A DNA stretch of 64,000 bases, taken from NCBI RefSeq assembly GCF_006345805.1, contig NC_043015.1, forward strand, positions 1,116,001-1,180,000. The letters run 5' to 3'. Below, piece after piece: positions 1 to 12,262 of this stretch. The position numbers and the translations under genes were made by a program. The notes below the pieces were generated by a model that searched no databases, had not been told where the DNA came from, and saw only the letters and a list, made by a program, of their open reading frames with translations. This DNA comes from Octopus sinensis. Its lineage: Eukaryota. Each line of letters starts with the position of its first letter. The stretch's first letter is position 1.

Positions 1-2237
1 CATATTTTTGAGACATACCTATATATGGAATGTAAGGATACACACAGACATCCATGCACATACATACGAAAAACCCTTTACATATCCTATGAAAGATCAG
101 GATTTTTTCTAGGACACTATCTTGCAGAGTTTTGTGGGGCAAAAATCCACTAGCTTTATTTGAATTTAATACTTATTCAGTCGATGTTTTTGATCTAACT
201 TCTAAGTTACGTTGATGTTAGAAGCCAAAAATAGTTGACAGTGGCGGTATGATACACACAAACAGGAAGACACATTCACATACACATACATACACACACA
301 CATGACGCTCAGACGCACACTCACACGGACACACATACATACACACACATATACATATACACGACAGACTTCCATACTTCTTTTCCAAATTCACATGATA
401 GCTTTTATCTCTAAGTTACTGTTTCACGTACATATTCCTGAAGGAGCACTATTTGTCTCACATACGAAGCTATTATCAAACATTATGTTTTTCTAAGAAT
501 TTCCCCATTCCCAGTGACCTACATTGCTCATTAAGGTAACACAACTGAACTCACCTGTAATGCTATTATACTATCAGCTTGAACATGTATAAGTATACAA
601 GGTAGATAAATGTTGGTATAGTTTATATTAACAGTTCTCTTAAAGAATTCCTCATTAATTTTCCAAAGGGTGCCTTTACAAATAATCATCTCTTATTCTT
701 CCTTGTGAATATTATGTATGAAAGACCTGGTTGCAAATTATATTTTTTATGGGCATGTTTGAAACTTTCACCTGTATATATGATGTGTATATACACAGCT
801 GAAAGAAATAAACTTTTTCTGAGCCTATAACGAACCTTACTTTTTGTCTGTCAGTTTTATATAGGTACGCTTCAAGATTTCTACTATATCAGCATGCGAG
901 AAGATTTAATGAAAACTATATTCCAAATAGTTATTATCCTTTCTTCGTAGGTCAATTTGGAAACAACATCAAAAGAGGTCAACCGTAAATGCAGGCACAA
1001 GATCAGGAAATGTAAGGAGATAAATCATTGATTTGACACCAGTATTTGATCAGCACTTTAGTTTACTGGATACAAATGGATGAAAATTGAAATGTCCCCA
1101 ATGAGATTTGAACTCTGAAAATTAAAAATGTCACAATTTTCTGTTTCCGAAATTTTCTACTGTTCACCGACAGAAAAAGAAATACGACATGTAAGTCTAT
1201 TTGCATGTGATCTGATATACTGGTAATTCATTCAGGATGTCCTTTGGAGAAATGCCGTAGACGCCACTCTACCTTACTCCCCATTTCTGGAACATAGCAA
1301 AATATTCTGTTCCCTGTAAAGATATTTGCTTCTGACAAGAGTTGCTTATCAATATGGGTGCATGAAATGAGGATGATGATTATATCAGCAAGATATTTTG
1401 AAAACTTTATATGTCTGAATCAAGTACAATTTCAAAGCATGCACAGTACCATACAAAAAATAATCATACTTGATCCATGAAATGAAATTGATCATTGCTG
1501 CTAACCGAACTACCGTGTACCTACAGATTAAAAGGAGCAACCATTAACAACAGATATCAAGAGCAATTCGGCTAAATTGTGCGCTCGTAACCGTTCTTAT
1601 ACTGCCCTCATTTCATCTTAAAATTTTCTCGGGATATATTCAAAATGCGTAAGGAACTAACACTAAAATAGATCTACGAGCGAAAATACAATACAACCCC
1701 ACAAATTCTAAACTTCATACATTCATGTTATATATCTCACTTTACGGGTGTGGAACTCCGGGTAATCTACATAGTAGAATATATAAACCTACAAACGCCA
1801 TACTTCATTGATATGCACAGTATCTACGCAGTTTTACGTTCGTTGAACCCTAACGCACTGAGAGATCATTGCTCTTATTTTTGTCAATGGTTAGGGCATA
1901 ATTTCGGTCGAAATATTATGACGTTTAGGATATACCGTTAAAATATATATTTCTTTAATTTTTTCGTTAATATTTTATATATTTTCAACGATGTTCTCAA
2001 AGTAAATATAATGATATTTAATATTTTAAAATATATGATTGTGAAGAGCGTATAATGGAGAACAGTACTTAAATGTTACTTTATTTTATCCACTCCCCGT
2101 TGGCGAGATGCTCGAATGAGAAGCTGGTCTCCACAGTGGCTAGATTTGAAATCAGATCATAAAGTGCTGGAATTAATGAAAAGAATAAATGAAAATAATC
2201 AAGTAGGGGAATGTGATTAATATACTGAAGTTTAAAA

Positions 2238-2660
2238 TGATGATGATGATGACGATGATGATGATGACGATGATGATGATGACGACGACATCGACGACGA
2301 CGATGATGATGAGGATGATGATGACGAGGACGATGATGATGATGATGATGATGAAGGTGATGAGTATGATGCTGATGATGAATATGATGGTGACGTTAAT
2401 GATGATGATGACTATGTTGAACTTGAAGGTGAGGCAGAAGTTTAAGTACACATCTAAATTAGTAAAATAAAATAAAAATTAATATGATCGTGATGAGAAA
2501 TAAGGAATAATAATGTGATGGCGATTACGATGACGACGGCAACGACGACAATGACGACGTTGATGATGATGATGGTGATGCCACTGCTGAGTATAAGGAT
2601 GAGATGGAGGTGGAGGACGCGGACGCCGACAACCACTACGGCCACGAAGACACCCATGAC
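2238..2660. repeat. Degenerate (GAT/GAC)n trinucleotide repeat region
   Basis: Runs of gatgatgat/gacgacgac; the poly-M/poly-I/poly-V ORFs here are read-throughs. Confidence 0.9.
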
Positions 2661-4054
2661 GAGGTTCATGTTGGAGAAATCAAATACTTATTGAAAGAAC
2701 AAGAAAATAAAATTACTTCTAAAACTAAGGCAAAAATAAAATAACATAAAAAATACAATTAAAACGATATTAAAGAAAGTGAAAGTAGAAAATGAAAAAA
2801 AGACAAATATAAAAATAAAAAATGAAAATAAAAATGAGCAAAAAATCAGAAAGTGAAAAAAAAATGAACACATCAAACATTGGTACTTTCACAGAACCCT
2901 ACACCTCCCTCAGACTACATTAGCCCCTTCACCCACAAAATATTTGAAGTTGTACGCGATGGCCATCTCGTTACCCTTTCCACTTCATCTTAAAAATCTC
3001 ACTTCATCGCTGTAACCTACCCGCCTTCAGCACGTTAGTGAACTCCGAGCGTATAATGGGCAAAACGCACGTCATGGATGATAACATTTATCGCATCTTC
3101 ATTGAATCTTTATGCATAATGAGCTGAAAATTTCGAAATGTTATAGATGGCGGTGGTGGTAGTGTTTTATTGTTGCTGTCGACGCTGTTGTTGTTGTTGC
3201 TGCTGATAATGTATCTGTGTTGGTAGTGTGAAGGTGGCGCTGATGGTAGTTATCGGGTTGCAGGAGTTATTTTGTTGATGGCATGGCGGTTCTAGTAGGG
3301 TCATTAGTTTGGTGGTGATGTTGGTGAGGGTGGAACTCTGCGTTTCAGGTTACGGCTAAGGCTATGTTTGTGGTGGTGATGTTTGTGCTTACCGTAGTGA
3401 TACACGCATCCCTCGAGTTACGGTTTTCCCCGTTTCAGTATTGGAAATTAGAACTCCTAATTTCGGGATACGGTCAGTGATTTCACCCGCTGGAAAATTT
3501 GCATATAATTTTAGGAACTTGAAATTTATATTTTCATGTTAACCGATCAACGTACTTAGCAATTTCACATCCTATGATCAGGTTACATATGTGTAGATGT
3601 GTGTGTGTATGTGTATGTGTGTGTATCGCTGTGTGTGCACGTGTATTAGTGTGGGCGCACGTGTGTGCACTGTGTGTGTACTCAAGTGAATATTAATGTA
3701 TGGGTCACCATAAACAATTATGGACCGAGAGGCGGAATTTTCCGCGATTTATATCTGTAACTTCGTATATTTTCGTGTGTTTAAAAACATATCGATTTGT
3801 CAATCCCTCTATCTTTATGTCTGCCTGCATTTCTCGGTAACTACCTACCCATATATCTAGTAACCTAGCTCCTTGTCTTTCTGTTTGTCTGTCTGTCTAT
3901 ATATCTGCTCAGAATATTTGCTGGTTATCTGCAACATCAGTGACACACACACAAACATTGTGAGATTTAGCTTGTATACGGGTAGTGGACGTCTGACACG
4001 GAGGAGGAAAATTACTCTGAAATAAGCTGTGTGCTTATCTTTATCTGAGAAGAT

Positions 4055-4085
<31 letters not shown>

Positions 4086-4411
4086 GTTGTATAAATGATC
4101 GTGGGTAAGGCCAAAGCGATGCAAGGTAAATGCAAGATAAATCACAAGAAAACAAATATATGAATTAACGTAGACTTACCTTGTATTCATTATTTCGGGT
4201 TTATTTTGGTGCCTTGATTCGAACAGTGGACTCCTGAGTCCAGCATTTCCGTAGATGTTACTTCACGGAAGTGCCTGCCTATAGATACATATATTCATAC
4301 ACACAATCATACACACATATATTCATACACACAATCACACACTTACACACACACAAACACACACACACATACACACAAACACACACACACACACACAAAT
4401 ATATATATATC

Positions 4412-4669
4412 AGAAAACAAAAATGGAACAACAACGCAACGTGTGTCATCAAAACATCCGGAGAGCTAGACGATAAAAAAAAAGCACAGGAAAGAGAAGG
4501 ACGGGTCACTTAGAGCTTTTTATCCTTAGCAGTTCCAGATAATCTCAGCATCTTCGTCCGGCTCTCCGAGTAACCCGTCCTTGTTTCATCCTGTCCTTCT
4601 TTCGTATCGTCTAACTGTCCAGATGTTTTGTTGTCGCCTGTAGCGGTCTTGTTCCATTTTTTGTTTTCT
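4412..4669. mobile_element. Palindromic short element (family P2), ~105-bp imperfect inverted arms
   Basis: 4412-4516 (agaaaacaaaaatggaacaa...ggacgggtcacttagagc) is the diverged reverse complement of 4561-4669, with a 44-nt spacer. The same arm recurs at 42681-42790 and ~43780-43865. Confidence 0.8.
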
Positions 4670-5239
4670 TTTATATATACCATATAGAGGCGTACGTACA
4701 CTCCTGTATATATATAACCACGTTTACTCGATAACTCACGTGGATGGAAGGGGGAAATACATAGATTCTTTACATGTACTGTTTGAATTCGCTAGCACTA
4801 CCAGTTTGGAGATGTTCGTCTGAGGTGATTCATGTCGGATGGGTATGTTCATTATTTTTAGTGCTTTCAAATCCAAATGAAGAAATGTTGAGCTGACGAA
4901 AGAAATGTCGAGTTTTAATTCGGCTAATCTAGTAACGTGAGCGTTCTCAAATAATCTTTGTACTTGTGATATTTTGGTGTTTTCCCTCCAGATCTACGTG
5001 AATTATTTTTGAGTAAACACTATCAGGGAGATTCTTCTTAAAGTAGTAGAAATGGCTAGAGAAACATTTTGGCTGCTATTTCTAAAAATTTCAGTATGTG
5101 GCAAAGTAAATTATTTTACTGAGCCCTTAATTATATAAAGTAATATTTTGAATACGCCTTGAATGGTCCTTTTACATACTGAACACTACTTGGTGAAATT
5201 AATTAATAACTAATTGATTTTACCCTTAATTATTGAATT

Positions 5240-5273
<34 letters not shown>

Positions 5274-5285
5274 CATACACACACG

Positions 5286-5952
5286 CAGAGGGTCTTGTGG
5301 ATAAATTGAAACCAATTTTAAGCAGCTGATTTAGTGAGTTAAACATTTCAGTCTTTGGCTAAACCTTGATTTCTTGAAAATGTGATCCGCTTCTTTATTT
5401 TTCAGGTTAATAGTGAACTGATTCGACAACAGGAAACCATGGAACAACAGAAGCGTTTTGCCATTGCTGCTGTGGCATGTGCCAGGCACACTGCCGATGA
5501 AATTGTTAAGTTGATGAAACTTCCCAAACCGAGGCTTTATCGTGTTTATAAACAATTTGAAAACGAGGGAAAGATTGATAGAATCGAACACAAGACTCGA
5601 AGTGATTTCAAATGTAATCCAAAATTTGAGGCCAACCCAGCCACATTCATAACAACTCTTGCAATGTAACGGTATCCAGCATTGTGAACAGGAACCATGG
5701 CATGACTAGATATATTCAACGGCGCTATCACCTCCTAACAGCCAACGCCAAAGCAATCAGAGCAGAGAGACGCCTAAAGCTTCTGTCATTCCTCAAGCAT
5801 CAAGTTGCAAGAAAATCTCCCATATTTGTGAACGAGAAGTCCACTGTGGACGCTGAGGTGAATCGCAGAATTTCTCGAGTGATTGCGTGCAGCCCTTCTG
5901 ACGTCCATTTCACTGTGTTTGAGACTAAGAAATCTGCCTCTGTGATGGTATT
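5286..5952 (+). mobile_element. Decayed Tc1/mariner (maT/DD37D-like) transposase remnant, 3'-truncated
   Basis: ATG at 5439 gives an HTH-like N-terminus (MEQQKRFAIAAV...EIVKLMKLPKPRLYRVYKQF). A later frame gives PIFVNEKSTVDAEVNRRISRVIA...VFETKKSASVMVF, matching the IFSDEK-FTV...N-RN-R...TKHPASVMV pattern of maT-type transposases. First catalytic D appears as N; frameshifts; second and third catalytic residues absent. Confidence 0.75.
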
Positions 5953-6649
5953 TGTAACAGAGGCATAATTTTAACACCGTTAGTATTTGCATTATACTTT
6001 TCATGTTTTGTATTCTGGAGTAGTTGATATTTTTCGTGCTGAGGGAGGTGTTGGAGCTGTTGTAATTTGGAGTGGTGGATTTAATGAAGAGAAAATCAAG
6101 CTGTTAATTTTAGTAAGTCTAATACCATGTGACGAATGAAAAGAATTCTTCTGTCTTGCGCTATATTTTTCAGTTTTGATCCCTTTTCCAAGTAGGTGAA
6201 GTTTAACGTATCATCGGCAACATTGTTCCTCGTCTTCCCTCTACAAAATAAATACAAAAATAAGTAGATAAATATGGTAATAACATCATAATTATCACCA
6301 GTTCATATTATTTACGTTTGAACTGATTTGGTTTGATTATTCTAGATACAATAAAAAATAGCATTAATTTAAAATAAAGACCACTAATAAAAGAAATTTT
6401 GACTGAACGTTCTTCGTGTTGTATAAGAAAGAAAATAAAAACATGGATGTCTTTTCTTAACTTTTTCGATGACGTTATCAGTTTCGTGTTAATTTCATTT
6501 TCTGAATGATCTCTTCGTATATTCCACATGTATGAAGTTCAGAATCAAAATATTATAATAGGACTAATGTAATATGAAATAAAATCTGCAATACACTATT
6601 CAGCTAGGCACCTCTACCTGACAGGGCTTGCTTTTTTTCCCTTCAGTAC

Positions 6650-6869
6650 ATATTGATCAAATTTTGGTACAAGGCAAGCGATTTAGAGCAAGGAGAATGT
6701 CAAGTACATCGAAACTAATGCTCAGCTGGTACTTATTTTATCGACCACTAAAAGAGATGGAATGCAAAATCGACCTCAACGGAATTTGAACTCAGTTCGT
6801 GTAGACGGATGAAATGACAGTAAGCGTTCTCTCCGTCGTGCTAAAAATGTTTGCAAGTTTTCCGCCTTA
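6650..6869 (-). mobile_element. tRNA-derived SINE family A, decayed (tail type 2)
   Basis: Reverse complement of the aaggcgg...tgagttcaaattcc...gaggtcga...gataaaataagtaccag consensus seen at 39424. Confidence 0.75.
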
Positions 6870-6954
6870 CTTTAACTTTACATATTGAATCTGATGACGT
6901 AATTATTATAAGTAATATAATTATATTATATAATTATAAATAAGACGTTATTAT

Positions 6955-7135
6955 TTAGCGGGTATTTCGTCTGCCGCTACGTTCTGAGTTAAAATTCCGT
7001 CGAGGTCAACTTTGCCTTTCCTACTTACGGAGTTGACGAAGAAAGTACAGTTATGTACTGAGGTCGATATAATCGACAAGCTGCCTTCCCAAAACAATTT
7101 CAATGCCTTATGTCAGGAGTAGAAATAATTATTTA
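6955..7135 (+). mobile_element. SINE family A, 5'-truncated (tail type 2)
   Basis: gtatttcgtctgccgctacgttctgagttaaaattccgtcgaggtcaactttgcctttc... followed by a cttatgtcaggagtagaaat tail. Confidence 0.75.
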
Positions 7136-8162
7136 GCGAGCATGAAATTATTTTCGGTAGGATAAAGACAGTTTTCTTAGAATAAGTCAGTTTGTGAAGA
7201 GCTTAGAAAGACCCTCCTCTGTGTGGATAATCATTGAATGAAATTTGAAACACTGAAGCGTAAATGGGATATTTATCAATCTAATCATGAGAATATTTTA
7301 TACATAATAAAATATGAATGCATGTATAATTATATATTTTAGCATACGTTTCTAGTTTCTGCAACGCAACGCATTTTGAATTGTATCGGTTTTAATCTTT
7401 AGTTTCTGTATGTACGTTTATGTTAATGTGGGCGGAATAAGGAGGGTATAGGAGCTCAAAGTCGTGAATTAAACAGTTATATACGCATAAATGAATGCAC
7501 ACGAAATTATGTAAAGATATATTTTAACGTAAACGATAAACAATTTTGGCTGTATACACATTCCAGGTCATATGATTTTATGCGCATGAGCCGAATATTA
7601 GTACTATTGTTAGGAGGTTTCGTTGGCACAATCTTTAGAGGGTAGCTACTTAGGTTTATGAGTTCAAATCCTACAAACACCAAAGTTGTATTTCGTTACA
7701 TCTTGATCGAGAAATAAAAAGTACCAGATATACACTACTGCTAACATAGTCACCTGTCTCTGCCAGATAAATATGGTAAAAACAATAACTTGTAGCAGTA
7801 TTATACGCTACTAAATTCGTCAAACGGGCCAAATATTTGCCATGAGTTTCCTTAGTACTTTTCAGTTATAAACGACTTCGTAGTCAGAGTTAATTTGATA
7901 GAAAAGTTTGCAAGTTTATGCTATGCTGGGGTATATTATAGACTTGTAGTGAGTTTTATTAAACCAAGTTTCACTTAACCGTACAGTACTAAGTTTCTAT
8001 AGACCGAGTTGAAATGAACTGCAGCCAGTAAAATATCTATACAGAACTGACGAAATAGAGAGAACAATTAAACAAAAGGTGTATAAAACAACAATGGTAC
8101 AAATAATTAAATTGCATAAATTGAAAAAAAAATAGACGATAAAGACATTTCCGAAAAGAAAC

Positions 8163-8667
<505 letters not shown>

Positions 8668-8872
8668 ACAAAATAGACAATGTGAACGGCAGTACACATT
8701 CAAGTCCTTAGTGAAGCATGTGTATCGAATACTAGCCAAATCCCAGTGAACGTGAGCGTATTTTCGTACAACGACACCGTAATATAGTTCTATATTTAAG
8801 AGAAGGGGAATTATGTACATTATTTACATTAATTACATTTGACGGGTATTTGACCTCATCTTATTTGTTGTT

Positions 8873-8918
8873 AACATAACGTTTCGGCTGATATACCCTC
8901 CAGCCTTCATCAGGTGTC
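8873..8918 (-). ncRNA. Minimal type I hammerhead-like motif (P1 left arm)
   Basis: Minus strand: GACAC CUGAUGA A GGCUG-gagggtatat-CAGCC GAAAC GUU AUGUU. Perfect 5-bp stem II; stem I GACAC/AUGUU with one C.A mismatch; no stem III loop (palindromic AACGUU). Confidence 0.55.
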
Positions 8919-9108
8919 TTGGGAAAAATTCAGACCTGGGTTCTGGTTCCTAATGTATTTTTCGATGTTTTTATTGTTGTTATTAATATTTAGGTCACAG
9001 CCTGGAATCGCACTCGGGCATATGGCGTAGTGGTTAAGAACGCGGGCTACTAACTCCAAGATTCTGAGTTCGATTCAAGGCAGTGACCTGAATAATAATA
9101 ACAACAAC

Positions 9109-9139
<31 letters not shown>

Positions 9140-9205
9140 ACAACAACAACAGCAACATCGAAAAATACCTTACGAATGAGAACCCAGGTTCGAAATTTCC
9201 CCCAA

Positions 9206-9251
9206 GACACCTGATGAAGGCTGGAGGGTATATCAACCGAAACGTTATGTT
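9206..9251 (+). ncRNA. Minimal type I hammerhead-like motif (P1 right arm)
   Basis: GACAC CTGATGA A GGCTG-gagggtatat-CAACC GAAAC GTT ATGTT; one mismatch in stem II. Confidence 0.5.
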
Positions 9252-9790
9252 AACAATAAAGAAGATAAGGATAAATATCCGTCAAATATAAATAATGTAA
9301 ATAATGAACGATACCTTAGGTATAAAACTACTGAGTAACATAATGCTTGCGAGAAATTTGTTCGTCGGAAGTTCGACAACATAGCAAATTGTCGAACGGA
9401 GGCATAGGACAGGAGAGTAACATTCCTATTATTTGTTAAATCCCTGGAAGCTCAATTGTTATATCCAAAAATCGATGCGGTATATGGATGTATATATTTC
9501 ATCTTCATACAAGTAGACTTTCCAAATGTGAAACCTGCATATAATCTAAAACCAAATTATTTAGGAAGAAGAAATATGATCAGGTTACAGCTAATATGAC
9601 AAGAAGGGTCTTAACTAAAACGGGAAAACGACAAAACAATGGAGAATATGCCTTGTCCAACCACCCGATATACATTGGAGGTATCATCAGATAGGTACAC
9701 ACACGGATTATTGAATACCTTCAAGCTAATTCTTATACCGCTATAAACTGATGAAAATGTCACAACCAACATATCTGTTTCTTTTTATTA

Positions 9791-10044
9791 TTTTATTCTT
9801 TTACTTGTTTCAATCATTTGACTGTGGCCATGCTGGAGCACCGCCTTTATTCGAGCGAATCGACCCCAGGACTTATTCTTTGTAAGCGTAGTACTTATTC
9901 TATCGGTCTCTTTTTCCGAACCGCTAAGTTACAGGGACATAAACACACCAGCATCGGTTGTCAAGCGATGTTGGGGAGACAAACACAGACACACAAACAT
10001 ATACACACACACATATATATATATACATATATGCATATATATAT

Positions 10045-10076
<32 letters not shown>

Positions 10077-10304
10077 ATATATACATATATATATATATAT
10101 ACATATATACATATATATATATACATATATACATATATACGACGGGCTTCTTTCAGTTTCTGTCTACCAAATCCACTCACAAGGCATTGGTCGGCCCGGA
10201 GCTATAATAGAAGACACTTTGCCCAAGGTGCCACGCAGTGGGACTCAACCCGGAACCATGTGGTTGGTAAGCAAGCTACTTACCACACAGCCACTCCTAC
10301 GCCT
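9791..10304 (-). mobile_element. SINE family B, near full-length
   Basis: Same head, CORE-like region, internal microsatellite and tail as the 8163 copy, with few substitutions. Confidence 0.9.
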
Positions 10305-11849
10305 GTTTCTGTAGGCAATGCTTATTGGCAATGCGAACTCAATTTAGCAATGCTATCCTGCGCATGCAAAACATTGATACCTTTATAAACATGATATAAA
10401 ACAGAAGTCTTCTCGCATCTCCATTGCTCCTAAGATGTCCTCATCCAGAAATATTTGAAATACGAGGTAACAGTAAAAGCCATGAACTTGTATTATTTTT
10501 TATAACTTGCATTGTCTTTAAAAAGAATTAAACATGCAAAAACTTGCGTGCGCGCCCACACACATATTGGTACATATTTGATCTGAACTAAAAGTTTTGT
10601 TATATACATATACATGCATATATATATATGTATGCTTGAACGTATATATTCCGCGGTAAAGTGTGCATGTATTTAGATATTCGCGTGTAAAATTATTTAA
10701 AAGATATACACGCCAGACATTTATAATAATTGAAATTAACGGAATGCAATAACAATAAATATATGAATATGGAGAAATAAAGCATGTTATTCTTATAATT
10801 GCAAGTGCAATGATTTAGCTTTGGCACTTGAAGAATCCTAAGTTATGTTATACGAAAGTTCTTTCACTTTCTTTTTGTCTCTGAGATTTGTTCCAAAATT
10901 TCTAATTCTTAACGATATTTGGATTCAAGTCTATGACCTGGTTATTTTACTTATAAATGAGACACTATTTTGGCCATACAGACGAAATGAAGGAGAAAAG
11001 AAACGAGAAAGTCTTTGATGGCTAAACAAACTATAGAAATATCGTAGGCAATATACTTGAAGAGACAAAGATCTAAAACAACGCCAAGTATTTCGCGATC
11101 TCTATCATCGCGGAATTTACAACAAATTGTCCCAGGATTTAGAGGAAAGGGTGTCCTTCTATAAGTACGTTAAAAGTATGTTTATTTCGCTTATAAATCA
11201 TAATATATTCCTAATTTAACCCAAAATGATCTGTCACAATACTACAGATCATTTATATCTGTGTGTGTGTGTATGAATGTATATGTGTGTGTATATATGA
11301 ATGTTTGTGTGTGTGCGTATGTATGTGAGTGTGTGAATGTGAGAGCGCTGGAGGTGGGGCGGATTTTATGTGGTTTCTTTGTGTACAGTTGGGCGGAGCT
11401 AGGAATGTTTGTGACTACGAAAATGTGAAAAGACTTGTTATATATGCTTAAATGCATTGCCTAGTTTGAACGCAATTATGTGTTTGAACTCATGCAAATA
11501 TATTCATATACATTTATGATTATTGTTTGACAATTATACAAAATACAAGTCATTTCAACACTCATAGATGTAAGTCATTGTATCGCTGACTTAACAAACG
11601 TATACGTGACATTAACCACTCACATATAGAGTAGTTGATATACATACAGATATAGCCATAGAACTGTGTATATAAGAGAGTACATATCTATATACATGTA
11701 TATTTGTATATACCTATGTTTGTATGTATACGTAATCATATGTGGTTTTTAGTATATACGTAATCATAGTGTATACGTAATCATACGTTTAGTATATATG
11801 TATTTAGGTTATACTTGACCATACGTGATTTTTAGATGTCTATATCTAT

Positions 11850-12029
11850 CTACCGATATGTATCTCTCTATCTATGTATCTATGTGTGTATGTATGTATG
11901 TATCTATCTATCTACTTATGTATGTATGTATGTATGTATGTATGTATGTATGTGTGTATCTATCTATCTGTCTATCTACCTATCAGTCTATCTATCTCTC
12001 GATCTATCTCTCGATCTATCTATCTATCC

Positions 12030-12087
<58 letters not shown>

Positions 12088-12194
12088 ATATATATATATA
12101 TCTATCGAACTATCAATCTATCTATCTATCTATCTTCCTATCTATCCATGTATGTATATATGTATCCATCTATCTATCAATCTGTCTGTCTATA

Positions 12195-12237
<43 letters not shown>

Positions 12238-12262
12238 TTATCGATGCATCTATCTATCTATC
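11850..12262. repeat. (TATG)n/(TATC)n tetranucleotide tract, 5' flank of the Tx1 LINE
   Basis: Direct reading; supplies the YLSI/YVCM repeats at the start of the 686-aa ORF. Confidence 0.95.

Larger units (their letters stand above)
8818..9306. mobile_element. Head-to-head palindromic element: tRNA-like head + hammerhead-like tail (family P1)
   Basis: The + copy 9016-9306 has an A box (TGGCGTAGTGG 9023-9033) and a B box (GAGTTCGATTC 9066-9076). 8818-9018 is an inverted copy truncated near the B box. Each arm carries a CTGATGA...GAAAC core. Confidence 0.85.

Noticed and set aside
1238-1320. LPYSPFL peptide resembling the IS630/Tc1 PYSP motif
   Set aside because: Single short motif, with no supporting DDE context up- or downstream.
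3731-3746. Near-palindromic GCGGAATTTTCCGC (kappaB-like) and octamer ATTTGCAT near 3497
   Set aside because: Single short motifs expected by chance in 64 kb.
4179-4280. Minus-strand segment with a GTAAGT donor and a GTTCGAATC B-box-like motif
   Set aside because: Stops in all three frames and no tRNA cloverleaf; neither exon nor tRNA is supported.
11825-12262. N-terminal ~145 aa of the 686-aa ORF (YVCM/YLSI repeats)
   Set aside because: Stop-free read-through of (TATG)n/(TATC)n fortuitously in frame with the truncated RT; not a real fusion protein on present evidence.
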